Source of the DNA: an uncultured virus (IMG/VR IMGVR_UViG_3300047320_000346)
Taxonomy: Duplodnaviria; Heunggongvirae; Uroviricota; Caudoviricetes
Length of the DNA: 64,000 bases
Virus record (IMG/VR): IMGVR_UViG_3300047320_000346
Reading direction: 5' to 3' (one strand)
A program made the position numbers and the translations under genes. The notes below the pieces were generated by a model. The model ran no database searches. It was given only the letters and a program-made list of their open reading frames with translations, and was not told where the DNA came from. Positions within the stretch are counted from its first letter, which is position 1; every line of letters starts with the position of its first letter. Positions 39,938 to 49,785 of the stretch are shown piece after piece.

Positions 39938-40948
39938 TTAGCCGACGATGGGGGCGGCGGGCCGAATAGGGCCCAACACTTCCGACTTGTATTGGTCCCA
40001 ACGCGCATAGAGGTCCTTGCGCGATGCGATGTAGTTCTGGCCGCCCTCACAGCCCACCACGACCGCGCCCATCACGGCACCGAGCGCCACGCAGTCCTCT
40101 AGGCGGTGTCCCCGCGTGTAGGCGTGAAGAAAGCCAGCGCGGAATGCGTCTCCGCATCCTGTCGGGTCCAACACCCTGTCCGGCGTCGCAGGCGGCAGGG
40201 AAATCTGGCCATCCCGACGGATAAGGTCGACACCCTTCGCGCCGCGCGTGCGCACAATGAACTGGTCGCACCCGGTCAACAGATGCTTCAGGTCAATGAC
40301 TTCCGAGCGCAGGAGCTCCGCCTCGTACTCGTTCAGGAAAATGCCCTTTGCCTCCCGCAGTACGACGCTCAGGGGAGAAATGTGCGATGCGTCCTTGTTG
40401 AGCAATGACGGTAATGCCTGACCCGGGTCAAAGAGGTATTCCGCACCTACCGAGCGCGCAGTCGACGCCAGCTTGACCATGTTGACGGGGTCTTCAGGCG
40501 CAATATGCCAAAGCGATGGCGCCTTGCCGTAGACACTGGTCGGCAGTGCGCCTCTGTGGACTGACTGTAGCGGCGCGGCCATTGCGCCTGCATAAAACGA
40601 GGTCAGCTGGTTCCCATCTTTATCCGTGAGCACCCACGCGTGCGCGGTCGGCAGTTCGAGCACAACCCCGATTGTGGATGCGTCCAGGCCCCAGCTCTCG
40701 ATGCGGCGCAGGTATCGCTCACCGTCGGTACCGACGTTGCCCACGAGCATAGGCTTGTCGCCGAGCAGGGCTGCGTTGTAGGCGATGTTCCCAGCGCAAC
40801 CGCCGAACGCCTCGATGACCGAATCGAGCTGAAACGATGCGTTCAGCTTGTCGATGGCGTCGGGCTTGATGCGAGCCCCGAAAGCGTGGGGGTGCGAGAA
40901 AACCGTGTCGTAGGCGAAGGAACCTGAGAGCAGATATGGGCGGGACAT
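39938..40948 (-). CDS. PfkB-family carbohydrate/nucleoside (adenosine-kinase-like) kinase
   Basis: GSFAYD, FGGCAGNIAY, FDPGQ, NEYE, DPTGCGDAFRAG. Confidence 0.9.
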   Translation of the reverse strand: MSRPYLLSGSFAYDTVFSHPHAFGARIKPDAIDKLNASFQLDSVIEAFGGCAGNIAYNAALLGDKPMLVGNVGTDGERYLRRIESWGLDASTIGVVLELPTAHAWVLTDKDGNQLTSFYAGAMAAPLQSVHRGALPTSVYGKAPSLWHIAPEDPVNMVKLASTARSVGAEYLFDPGQALPSLLNKDASHISPLSVVLREAKGIFLNEYEAELLRSEVIDLKHLLTGCDQFIVRTRGAKGVDLIRRDGQISLPPATPDRVLDPTGCGDAFRAGFLHAYTRGHRLEDCVALGAVMGAVVVGCEGGQNYIASRKDLYARWDQYKSEVLGPIRPAAPIVG

Positions 40949-40976
40949 GCGCAATCCAGTGTGTGTGTTGTTTGTG

Positions 40977-42044
40977 TCAGACCTGAGCGAGCCGCGGAAG
41001 CAGCCACTCCTTCGCGCGGCGGTTGATGCGACCCATCACCTGCTGGCGTTCCAGGCCGCTCGCCTCCATCGTGTCCGTCTCTTCCTTGAGTACGTCCTGT
41101 CCCACCCATTTCAGGAAGGCGCCGATGTGCTTATCCGTCACCTCGCCGTGGTCGGCAACGAGAATTCCGTAGCCCTGCTCAAGCCGGCTCTCGGTCAGCA
41201 CTGCCTCGGTGAACGCCGCCATGCTGGCGAGCACTTCAGGTTCAATCTGGACGATGCGTGAGTTCTTCGTGCCCTTGTGCTTCGCGCCCTTGGTCTTGAA
41301 CGTGAGGCGGCCGAGCTTCGGATGGAAGCACTCCCAGACGATACCCTCGCCCACGCCGATGAGACCCAGCGCTTTCGCGACCGGGCATTCGGCTTCGACC
41401 TCGAGTGTCAATCGCTCCAGCTCGTCGAGACTCGCGCCCGGGTCGTTGAAGTCGATGTCGATGGCGTACGTCGGGAAGTCGGTGATGAAGTGGATGAGCG
41501 AGCCTTCCTTCCCAACGATATGCTCGGCCCACTTGGCCGCTACCTCGTCAACCGGAATCCATTTTTCGCTTCCGTCCGCGAGCGTAATCAGCGCGCCGAA
41601 TACCACCCACCGTACCGGCAGCTGGCCGATAGCGGTCTTGCCGTAAATGCCCTCGCCGCACCATTCTCCGAACGTCCGGATGGCCAGGATGGGTTGGTTC
41701 ACGTGCTCAAGCGCCGCTGCGAGAATGAGAAGACGCAGGCGCCACAAGTCCGCGGTGCCCGTCAGGGACTTGACCCATGCGCAGAAGCCGAAGTTGTCAG
41801 CTTCCACGCTCAGGTAGCAGAAGTGGCTTTGAGCCTCTACCGTACCGGTGAGCACGTCAAAGGCTACGCCGCAGTTGCTGCCATGCAGCTTGACGGTGCC
41901 ATTGAAGGTCAGCACCGGCTTGCGGCGGCTCGCATCGTACATGGGCTCGTTGTTCGAGTCCTGTCCGATGTATTCTGCACTGTGAGTGACGTCGCCAACG
42001 ACGTGGCGGAACTGCTCGATTTCCGAGAATTTGCGCAGCTGCAT
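40977..42044 (-). CDS. Rnl2-family ATP-dependent RNA ligase
   Basis: Motif I KLHGSN, III FGEW.G.GI, IV GEGIVW, V FKTK; C-terminal ..ESRL...QDVLKEE like the T4 Rnl2 C-domain. Confidence 0.85.
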   Translation of the reverse strand: MQLRKFSEIEQFRHVVGDVTHSAEYIGQDSNNEPMYDASRRKPVLTFNGTVKLHGSNCGVAFDVLTGTVEAQSHFCYLSVEADNFGFCAWVKSLTGTADLWRLRLLILAAALEHVNQPILAIRTFGEWCGEGIYGKTAIGQLPVRWVVFGALITLADGSEKWIPVDEVAAKWAEHIVGKEGSLIHFITDFPTYAIDIDFNDPGASLDELERLTLEVEAECPVAKALGLIGVGEGIVWECFHPKLGRLTFKTKGAKHKGTKNSRIVQIEPEVLASMAAFTEAVLTESRLEQGYGILVADHGEVTDKHIGAFLKWVGQDVLKEETDTMEASGLERQQVMGRINRRAKEWLLPRLAQV

Positions 42045-42173
42045 GGTGATATAGCGTTTGAGATGTTGCAAGTATACCATGTAATGGCGATTATTCCAAA
42101 TGTGTGATTCGTCAAGTTAACTTGAGAATGCCAGCTATTTTTGATATAATTGGTCATATACATGGAGTTTCGC

Positions 42174-42491
42174 ATGGATTCCCTTTCCCCTGAACTGGCC
42201 CTGCCCGGCCGGATGTATTGTGGCCGCCGGATTTCCCGTCGATGGAAGAACACCGGCCGCTATGTGAGTTCTGTCGCGACCGGATTAACTGGGAGCATAA
42301 GTCGCTCTTCTGGCAGGAGCGTCAAGTTCAAATCCCGCGGCTACTCGCGTGGTTCGGCGAGGGTCGATTACCGCTACTCGGGGCTCTACCACCCTGCGCG
42401 CGCCATGCCGCCGGCGCTACGCGCGCTCCAGGAAAAGGTGGAGCGTGTTCTGCTGGCCACAAGCGCGCTCGCGCCCTGCGTGAGCTCGTGA
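42174..42491 (+). pseudogene. Frameshifted, truncated AlkB-family (ALKBH2/3-like) dioxygenase relic
   Basis: INWE...IPRLLAWFGE in one frame continues as DYRYSG..HP...P..L..L...VE in another; catalytic HxD half missing. Confidence 0.7.
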
Positions 42492-42680
42492 ATCAGGTTT
42501 GGAACTGCTGTACCGCGCTGGGTGTGCAGAGTTTTTAGCGCTTTGGCTCGGGCCTACGAGGTGGATTGTTACGCCACCGGCGCGCGACGTTCGCTGGGCT
42601 GGATTCCGTTCAAGGCCAGCGCTCTCCGCTATCGAAACAGGCAGGTGTTTCTCGCAGGCTGAAAACGACATCGAGGGATA

Positions 42681-43520
42681 TTGGGAAATCTTGTGCGAAT
42701 TGGTATCTTGCTTTCAGGCGGTTTTTCATTTCTGAAACTCGCTGCTCTTGTGGACCTGATTGAAGAGGTGAATCAAGCGAAGGCGCTTTTCACGAGCCGC
42801 GGTTACTCCGTTGAACTCTTATCGCAGCAAGGGTCTGCTGTGCAGTCCGGACATAATCTTAAAGTGTCGACGGACAAGCTCGAGCCCGCCAAAGCGAGTG
42901 GTTTCCGGCGAATATTTCGTCTTGACGGAGATGCATTATTTTCTTTCGTTGAGGGCGACTTCGTATCAAGGTTGGTGCAATGCGAGAATGGAAAGGGCTC
43001 GGGTAGCGTCATCTTGCGGGAACATCCCAAACAAGTCACATCACTGGACGCGGTGAATGCGGTCGTAAACCTGATTCGGGAAGATTGCGAACAAGGAGAG
43101 GCGCAACGCCTGATAACTCTCGTCGAGCAAAAATTCAGCATGCATCCGCTTCTTCGGAGCGATACGAGCTCCCGGGAAGCCCGGATGAGGGCTTCGGCCA
43201 GGTGGCTGGTCGAGAATCTTTCCAAGAAAATAACGGTGGCCGATGCCGCGGAACAAGTGTCTATGAGCGAGCGGTCGTATCTCAGGAACTTTCGGCAGGT
43301 CATCGGCATAGCGCCCTCTGATTTTCTGATAAACGCTCGGCTGGACCGCGTATGTGAATTGCTTGAGCAATGCGATTATCCGGCAGACAAGCTTGCGCGC
43401 ATATGTGGCTTTAGAGACGGAAGCCACCTTGCAAGAACACTCAAGGCCAGGCGGTTTACCACGGTTAGCGACTACCGTCGCGCCCAAGTGTCTAGAGCCC
43501 CACCGAGCGCCAGGGATTGA
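42681..43520 (+). CDS. AraC/GlxA-family transcriptional regulator
   Basis: Degenerate DJ-1-like N-terminus; MSERSYLRNF...P..F...RL...LL...CGF HTH. Confidence 0.85.
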   Translation: MGNLVRIGILLSGGFSFLKLAALVDLIEEVNQAKALFTSRGYSVELLSQQGSAVQSGHNLKVSTDKLEPAKASGFRRIFRLDGDALFSFVEGDFVSRLVQCENGKGSGSVILREHPKQVTSLDAVNAVVNLIREDCEQGEAQRLITLVEQKFSMHPLLRSDTSSREARMRASARWLVENLSKKITVADAAEQVSMSERSYLRNFRQVIGIAPSDFLINARLDRVCELLEQCDYPADKLARICGFRDGSHLARTLKARRFTTVSDYRRAQVSRAPPSARD

Positions 43521-43591
43521 GCGCCTGGTTCAACACATTCCGGTTCACGCACGCGTAGCCGGCAATCCAAGTCCAAACTCATACTCCGCAC

Positions 43592-44338
43592 ATGGAACGA
43601 GACTCTTCGGCTGTCGTCATCATGGCCTGCTCGGCGACCAAGCAGGCGCACGCTGCACCCGCACTCGACCTCTACCAAGGGGTCATGTACAGCACGTTTC
43701 GCGCGAACGTGAAGCGCGATGCCCGTCCGCACGTCGTCATTCTTTCGGCGCAGCACGGGTTCATCCCTGGCGACGAAGTCATCGCACCGTATGAGCAACG
43801 CCTGACGCCCGAGCGCGCCAACGAGATGCTCGCAAAGCTCGACGCTTTCATACATGGCCAGATTCCCTCTGGCTCGCGTAAGGTGCTGCTGGCGGGCGGG
43901 CAGGAATACCGGCGCGTGATGCGCGCCGCCGTACAGCGCCAGCTCGAGCGCGGCCGCCTCGCGACAAGCGTGAAAGTGTCGGAAACGTCGGGCGGCATTG
44001 GCTATCAGCGCCAGCAGCTTGGCGCATTCCTGCGCGGACTCTTGCCAGGGCCGGAAATTGTGGGCCATCATCAAAACGGAACGCCGCTCTATCGCACGTT
44101 GGGTGCCTTCAGCGTCGACCAGCGCGTAAACGTCGTCTACCGCGGCCGCGAAGACCTGGCGCCGGCGCCAGCCATCATCACTGAGCTGTTTCACGGCCAG
44201 GTTGGTCCGACGGCAAACGTGCGGCTGCTCGAGTCGAAACAGCCCGACAAGGCCTTTACCTGGGTCGGCCTCGGAGACCTGCATGCAATCCCTGGCAGCC
44301 GAGGTGTCATCGCCCGCGCGGATACCATGTCCGAGTAA
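43592..44338 (+). CDS. DUF6884-like domain protein with extra C-terminal domain
   Basis: IMACSATK...PALDLYQG, ILSAQHGFI....I.PYEQRL, GGQEY, GGIGYQ. Confidence 0.7.
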   Translation: MERDSSAVVIMACSATKQAHAAPALDLYQGVMYSTFRANVKRDARPHVVILSAQHGFIPGDEVIAPYEQRLTPERANEMLAKLDAFIHGQIPSGSRKVLLAGGQEYRRVMRAAVQRQLERGRLATSVKVSETSGGIGYQRQQLGAFLRGLLPGPEIVGHHQNGTPLYRTLGAFSVDQRVNVVYRGREDLAPAPAIITELFHGQVGPTANVRLLESKQPDKAFTWVGLGDLHAIPGSRGVIARADTMSE

Positions 44339-44438
44339 CGAACTTTTTCATGGAAGCTGACAGGAAATACGCCGCAGAAAAAGAGCGCAAACGCATCTTA
44401 TTGCGCGCCGCTTTCCAAGTCTGATTCTGTTGAAACTC

Positions 44439-44468
44439 AAAGGCCCTGCATGGTTGCAGGGCCTTTTT
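44439..44468. terminator. Bidirectional intrinsic terminator
   Basis: AAAGGCCCTGCA-TGGT-TGCAGGGCCTTT between convergent genes. Confidence 0.8.
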
Positions 44469-44471
44469 CCT

Positions 44472-45833
44472 TTAATCGAGCAACAATAGCTGCTTCTCTC
44501 GGTCGACCAGCTCGCTCTCAGGAAGCTCTGCGGCCTCTGCGAACTTCGGCCATTGCTTGATTGCTACGCGCACCTGGTCGATGACGTCGCGCGCGGTCCC
44601 GATTTTGAACCGGTCCGCCTCCGCCAACAGGTCATCGACCTCGAAGTCCTTGAACTTGCCATTCACCGACATCAGATGCTGACTCGTCCAATCGCCGTTC
44701 GGATTATGAGCGAACGTGACATCGTACGCCGGCGCCAGCTCCCACGTGGTGCTGCCGTCCCGAAGCAGAAACGAAAAGTTCTTCGTGTGGTCGTCACAGT
44801 TTCTGCCCATCACGTTGAACACCATTCGACGGAATGCTTCTTCCATGTCCTCATACGGCAAATTAAGCCGCACCATTGCCTGGAAGAGCTGCGAATAGGC
44901 ATTGGTGCCCTTCTTCTTGTAGTCGACATGGGACATCGCGCAGAGTGTCTGCATGTGATTGCGGCCTCCGTGTCCTTCGCGGTCAAAGCGTCGAGTCATG
45001 AAGTGCGCACGGCCGTTCTCCTTCAGTAGCCGGCAGTCTGTCATTTCTATACCCGCGGCGCGCGCCATCAGGTGATAGGCGTATTCGACGCGCCCATAGT
45101 TCTGCGACGCACCGAGTTCGTGGTCATCGCCCATTCCGTCGAACTTGAGCAGCCAGTGCTCGAAGCCATCCGGGACTTCCAGTTGGCCTGAGCGAATCTC
45201 GTCTGTTTTCGGATTCCACGCAATGACGGCCTTTGCCCGCGCGCCGCCGGCAGACGTGCCGACGTCGATGATGCTGCGCAGCGCGGCGTTTGCATGGTCG
45301 TCCCCATCCATGAGGCCCGTCACGGCCTTCCGAGCCTCTTCGACGAGCGAGCTGAGTTCGATGGAAGTCGGCTTGTGCGCAGTCGGCCCGCGCGAGGGCT
45401 TGAACACGAGCGCACCCATCGCGCGATTGCTCATATATGCCAACCGGTCGAGCGGCGTGACGTCTGGCGCCGAGATACCGTGGTCCGCCATGTAGCGGTT
45501 GATGAGCGCGTTACCGAAGTCGTCCGGCAGTGCGTCGCTGAGCATGGCGGGCAATCGCTTGTACGTCGCTTCCGGCAAGTCCGTGAAGATGTAGCCTTCT
45601 TCCGAGAGCGGCATTTGCAGCGGCGAAGGCTCTATGCCCGTGTCTGCGAATTCGGGCGTGTAGTTGAAGACGTAGTAACCGTAGGCTCGGTCGAGCGTAA
45701 CGGAGCCGATGTGGGTATCCCACATATGCACTTCGACGACACCTACGTGAGAAAATGACCTCTTTTTCGGTGCCGCTTTCTTTGCCGGCGTCTTCTTCGC
45801 TGCGGTTTTCGTTGCAGTCTTCTTGGTGGCCAT
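44472..45833 (-). CDS. hipA: HipA-family Ser/Thr kinase toxin
   Basis: DALPDDFGN, SAGGARAKA, WLLKFD, RRFDR, N.DDH.KNFSF, LAPAYD. Confidence 0.93.
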   Translation of the reverse strand: MATKKTATKTAAKKTPAKKAAPKKRSFSHVGVVEVHMWDTHIGSVTLDRAYGYYVFNYTPEFADTGIEPSPLQMPLSEEGYIFTDLPEATYKRLPAMLSDALPDDFGNALINRYMADHGISAPDVTPLDRLAYMSNRAMGALVFKPSRGPTAHKPTSIELSSLVEEARKAVTGLMDGDDHANAALRSIIDVGTSAGGARAKAVIAWNPKTDEIRSGQLEVPDGFEHWLLKFDGMGDDHELGASQNYGRVEYAYHLMARAAGIEMTDCRLLKENGRAHFMTRRFDREGHGGRNHMQTLCAMSHVDYKKKGTNAYSQLFQAMVRLNLPYEDMEEAFRRMVFNVMGRNCDDHTKNFSFLLRDGSTTWELAPAYDVTFAHNPNGDWTSQHLMSVNGKFKDFEVDDLLAEADRFKIGTARDVIDQVRVAIKQWPKFAEAAELPESELVDREKQLLLLD

Positions 45834-45859
45834 ACGAGTCCTTGGAGAATGCGCTATTT

Positions 45860-46105
45860 TTAGGCTGTCACGCCGAAGTCCGCGAGATACCGACGAAGCG
45901 CCGTGGTGGTGTCCCACTTCTGGTGAAGAATCGAAGAATCCGCGATGACACCGACGGCCGGCCAGTCCTTCACTTCAAATACAACGGCAATTGCGCCGTC
46001 CGCGTCACCGATGTGCTCCTCAAGAAAGTGTCGAACATCGTCGAGCGATTGAGTGTTCGCAATCTGCAGGATGTTGGTTCCGACCGCTACGACTTTCAAT
46101 TCCAT
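45860..46105 (-). CDS. Small hypothetical protein between antitoxin and toxin
   Basis: SD GGAG; co-oriented. Confidence 0.55.
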   Translation of the reverse strand: MELKVVAVGTNILQIANTQSLDDVRHFLEEHIGDADGAIAVVFEVKDWPAVGVIADSSILHQKWDTTTALRRYLADFGVTA

Positions 46106-46255
46106 TTGAACTCCGACAAATAGGGGAAGGACGGGCCGCGCCTTCGGAGATTAGGCGTATATCTTGGCAACCGGTCCTGACCTAAGACGCGAGACGCGCG
46201 CGGCCGCTTCACGGTTGCCAGCTCCCCCTACGTCGAGGCAGCCGCCGCAAGAAAG

Positions 46256-46729
46256 TTACTCAGGTTTCTTGCTGGATTTGGTAGGCGGCTCCGATGACGT
46301 GGAGTCAGTCTGCCTTGCTGTCGCAATCAGACGCCGGGCTGCATTGAGCCGGACCGGCGAAATAAGTGGCTTGCCCTCTCCACGTTCTGCCTGCTCGGCG
46401 GTGGCCAGCAGCCGTTTGGCGGCGTTGAGCTTGACCGCGGGACTGGTGGCACGCACACGCGTTGACGCGCGGCTCGTCAAGGTCAACGGATTGACTGTCG
46501 CAACAGGGGCCACCGTATCCAGCCAAGACTCACGGCCGAGCGCGCGCACGACGCTCAGCAGGGTCTTGAGGGTCGAGCCTTGCCCCGCCTCGATGTTGCG
46601 CAAGGCGCGCACGCTCACGTCGGCGCGCGCCGCGAGAGTCTTCTGGTCCCAGTTCTTGTTGAGCCGGAGCCGCTTGAGCTTCTCGCCCAAGTCGGTTTCC
46701 AGCTCCTCGAGTGTCTGACTACCGGCCAT
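46256..46729 (-). CDS. XRE-family HTH protein (HipB-like antitoxin) with repeated C-terminal tail
   Basis: LGEKLKRLRL...Q..LA.RA.VS...L..IE.G; upstream of hipA. Confidence 0.88.
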   Translation of the reverse strand: MAGSQTLEELETDLGEKLKRLRLNKNWDQKTLAARADVSVRALRNIEAGQGSTLKTLLSVVRALGRESWLDTVAPVATVNPLTLTSRASTRVRATSPAVKLNAAKRLLATAEQAERGEGKPLISPVRLNAARRLIATARQTDSTSSEPPTKSSKKPE

Positions 46730-46747
46730 CTCAAACCTCCGCTGCAC

Positions 46748-46908
46748 AAGCGCCCTTATTCTGCCGTTAGACAATTAAAGACGCGGAGAAGCGCCCTTAT
46801 TATGCCTCTATTGTAGAACAGACAGAGCGTTACGTCAAACTTCATAAGAGGCAGATTTAGGGTGCTTGATGGAATTTTTGTGTGTTTAGAGGCATAAATG
46901 CGCCTCTT
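46748..46908 (-). promoter_or_regulatory. hipBA promoter with four ~22-bp operator-like repeats
   Basis: TTGACG-17-TACAAT (46810-46838, minus); related units at 46748, 46789, 46846 and 46887. Confidence 0.75.
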
Positions 46909-46922
46909 GTGCAACAACGTGT

Positions 46923-47660
46923 CTAACCACCCATCAACTGCACAAGCACGGGTTCGAGCAGCGCCAGGCCCTCGCTCGCCGTTGCGCGCACATTTCGCCC
47001 GAAGTAGCGCTGGTCGGCGAGTTCGGGATTAACCTGCCAGACGCGGTCGTCGCCGGCACGCCGAGCAGGCACCAGCATATCCACCGGAATCACACGCATC
47101 GACGTTCCGATGACCAGCAGAATGTCGTCGGCCCCCTGCCGCTCCAGCTCTTCGCCCAGAATGAGATAGCCCGGACTCGATTCACCGAAAAACACCACGC
47201 CCGGCTTGACCGGGTCGACGTCGCCGCATCGCGGACACGGGACGGTTGGGTCGATAGCAGCCTGCCCGATGTCGAACTTGCGATAGCAGTTGTCGCACAG
47301 CATCGTGGTGAGCTCGCCGTGCAGGTGAGTGACCCCTATCGCGCCGGCGCGCTCGAGCAGGTCGTCGACGTTCTGGGTCAACAGCCGCACGCGCGACACG
47401 CCCCACTGGGATTGCCAGTGCGCGAGACACCGGTGCGCCTCGTTGGGCTGCGCGGCCCGCACTTCCTCCTTGCGTTTCGCGTAGAAGTCAAAGACCTTCG
47501 TGCGGTTTCGTCTCCAAACGTGATAGTTGCAGACCTCCTCGAGGTTGAACTGCGACCAGATGCCGCCTGTGTCGCGAAAAGTCGCGAGGCCGCTTTCCGC
47601 GGAGAGCCCGGCGCCTGAGATGACGACGAGCCGCGGGTGGTTGGTGTCGTCGTGCGTCAT
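46923..47660 (-). CDS. Sir2/CobB-family NAD-dependent deacylase
   Basis: SGAGLSAESGLATFRD, PNEAH, TQNVDDLLERAG, HLHG, CxxC..CxxC, KPGVVFFGE, IGTS. Confidence 0.95.
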   Translation of the reverse strand: MTHDDTNHPRLVVISGAGLSAESGLATFRDTGGIWSQFNLEEVCNYHVWRRNRTKVFDFYAKRKEEVRAAQPNEAHRCLAHWQSQWGVSRVRLLTQNVDDLLERAGAIGVTHLHGELTTMLCDNCYRKFDIGQAAIDPTVPCPRCGDVDPVKPGVVFFGESSPGYLILGEELERQGADDILLVIGTSMRVIPVDMLVPARRAGDDRVWQVNPELADQRYFGRNVRATASEGLALLEPVLVQLMGG

Positions 47661-47678
47661 AGTGCTGCCCCCGTCGGA

Positions 47679-48668
47679 TTAATGCGCAAGAAAGCGCTTC
47701 TGTTTTCCGAAAAATGTCTTGATGTAACGGTCGATGGCCGGCTTTGATGCCGCACCCTGCTCACACCAGGCGTGCAGGCGGAACGGCAGGTCCAGGTCCT
47801 CGCAATCCGGATGCAATAACTCCAGCAATGCCAGGCCGCGCGCTGAGATTACAACGGCGTGTTTGCCATCCACCGTTGTGCGAGCGAGGAGGCCCGCCGA
47901 AAGGAGGTTTTCCAGAATCGGAGACCGCGATGCCGCACTTCCGAGCCGCGTGCGCCACTCGCCAGGCATCACCTGGTAGCGGCCTGTGCCCGGCCAGCGA
48001 TGCATCAGCTGGATGACAGTTCCGTCGGTCATCGGCTGTTTGTTACGCAGGTTGTACAGAAGCTGCAGCGCATATTTCGACAGCGGCGGCGCGTCAGCCG
48101 GCACGCCGGCGCGGCGCTGCGTTTCACCCAGAATGGCGAGGCTATTCACATTCCAGTTCCAGTCGAAATAGCGCTTTACACGCCCGTACTCGAAGCTCTC
48201 GGTGCATAGCTCTCCAAACGGAGCCATCTGCGCGAATGCCCTCACGATGAACGCATCGTCCAGAGCGGAGAGCGAGAGCGCCGGGCACGCCAGAAAGCGG
48301 ACATCGCTGAACACCTGTTCGAGCAGTACCGCAAAAGCGGTCGCTCCCGTATGGTCAGGGTCGCAGGCAGACACGATGAGGTCCGCCGAAGTAAACAGCT
48401 CAGCGCTCATTGCGGCCTTCACGAGGGAACCATCGGCAGTCAGGGTGTACGGGGCGCACTGCCATTCGCTCCAGGGGGCAAGCCGATTGTTCGGCTCCGA
48501 TAGCAAAGGATACTCGTGCAACTTGTGTCCGCGCGGATAGCTGAAGCGGATGTTGCTAAATGGGTTGGCGTGAACAAAGGTGATGCTGGCGTCGGGCCAG
48601 TGCTTGCGCGCGAGCGGCGCGATACAGCTAGCGACCGAGGGTTTCTCGGTCACGATGAGAACATCCAT
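47679..48668 (-). CDS. Type IA topoisomerase-like TOPRIM protein, short
   Basis: LIVTEKPSVA, ACDPD, later LGSAASR..ILE.L; only about 330 aa. Confidence 0.7.
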   Translation of the reverse strand: MDVLIVTEKPSVASCIAPLARKHWPDASITFVHANPFSNIRFSYPRGHKLHEYPLLSEPNNRLAPWSEWQCAPYTLTADGSLVKAAMSAELFTSADLIVSACDPDHTGATAFAVLLEQVFSDVRFLACPALSLSALDDAFIVRAFAQMAPFGELCTESFEYGRVKRYFDWNWNVNSLAILGETQRRAGVPADAPPLSKYALQLLYNLRNKQPMTDGTVIQLMHRWPGTGRYQVMPGEWRTRLGSAASRSPILENLLSAGLLARTTVDGKHAVVISARGLALLELLHPDCEDLDLPFRLHAWCEQGAASKPAIDRYIKTFFGKQKRFLAH

Positions 48669-48990
48669 GTCCGTACTCCGATAACGGAAGGTTGGCGTTT
48701 GCGTGGCTTTGCCACGGACTCCCGATAGTATATCTTTAAAATCGCAATAAGGTAAGCCGTCGCGTATATTGGCATTATTTGATATAATGAACCACACTGA
48801 CCGGACGAGCCATGAAAATGCGAGCGCGGCGCCGCCGCCCCACGGCCATGTACCTGCACGGCCCGTGGCATCGCGGCCGGCGCAGCGCTCGGCAAGTATG
48901 CGGTCGTGCGGGTGTTTAAAAACGTCGGTCACGACGAGCACAACTGCTGGACAGAGTATCTGATTCTTAGGTTCAAGTAAGGAGCCCGCT

Positions 48991-49752
48991 GTGGCCAAAA
49001 TTCAAGACACCAAGATTGCCATCAAGGACCCCGCCACTGACGAGCGTCTCGAACTGAAGTGCGTCACGAGCATCGACGATGCAGGCGTGTTCCAGGTGCG
49101 GGTGCCGGAAGAACTGCTCGAGGTTGTGCGTGCGACCCAATTCGATGGAAAGACCGTTGCGCGCGTGAGCGTACGTGGCCACACGCACCTGCGCGGGCCG
49201 GTGCTGGCCACCCTTCGTGATGCGCTTCAGCAGGCGTACCTTCAGGTGTTGACGCCCGATATAACAGTCGAGCGCGTCATCCTCTACCACCTTGGCTCGC
49301 ACGTCTCGTTCGCAGAAACCCCGGATGGCACCGTCGTTCCGAATGCCTCGTGGCCGGACGCTCGCTGGGCCCCGGACAAGTGGTACGGCAATCATCACTC
49401 AGGCAATCCGTCCCGAGATGGATACTCGCTCGTAATCGGCGCGCGAGTGGTCGACAAGAAGACGCTCAGGCGCGGGAACACCGTTACCGTCAAATACGAA
49501 AGGGTCGGCGCAGACGGTGAGCGCAACGACCCGCTGTACCTGCTGCAGTCATGGGCCGCGTTCTCGCTGCCGGATGACTGCCCCGAGATGCCCTATTCGC
49601 CAGAAGCCGCCCTGTTTTTCCATCGGCTGTTGGTGGGCATGGCTGAGTTGTCGCGCCGGATTCAGGAGTTCGCCCACGACGAGCAGCGGCTCCTATCCGT
49701 CATCGCCAACGGCGGCGGGTCGCTGCTGCCGGCGCCTACTGCTGCTACCTAA
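48991..49752 (+). CDS. Hypothetical protein
   Basis: SD AAGGAG before GTG. Confidence 0.75.
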   Translation: MAKIQDTKIAIKDPATDERLELKCVTSIDDAGVFQVRVPEELLEVVRATQFDGKTVARVSVRGHTHLRGPVLATLRDALQQAYLQVLTPDITVERVILYHLGSHVSFAETPDGTVVPNASWPDARWAPDKWYGNHHSGNPSRDGYSLVIGARVVDKKTLRRGNTVTVKYERVGADGERNDPLYLLQSWAAFSLPDDCPEMPYSPEAALFFHRLLVGMAELSRRIQEFAHDEQRLLSVIANGGGSLLPAPTAAT

Positions 49753-49785
49753 TGACATTTTGTCGAGCTTGATACGAGACCTGCA

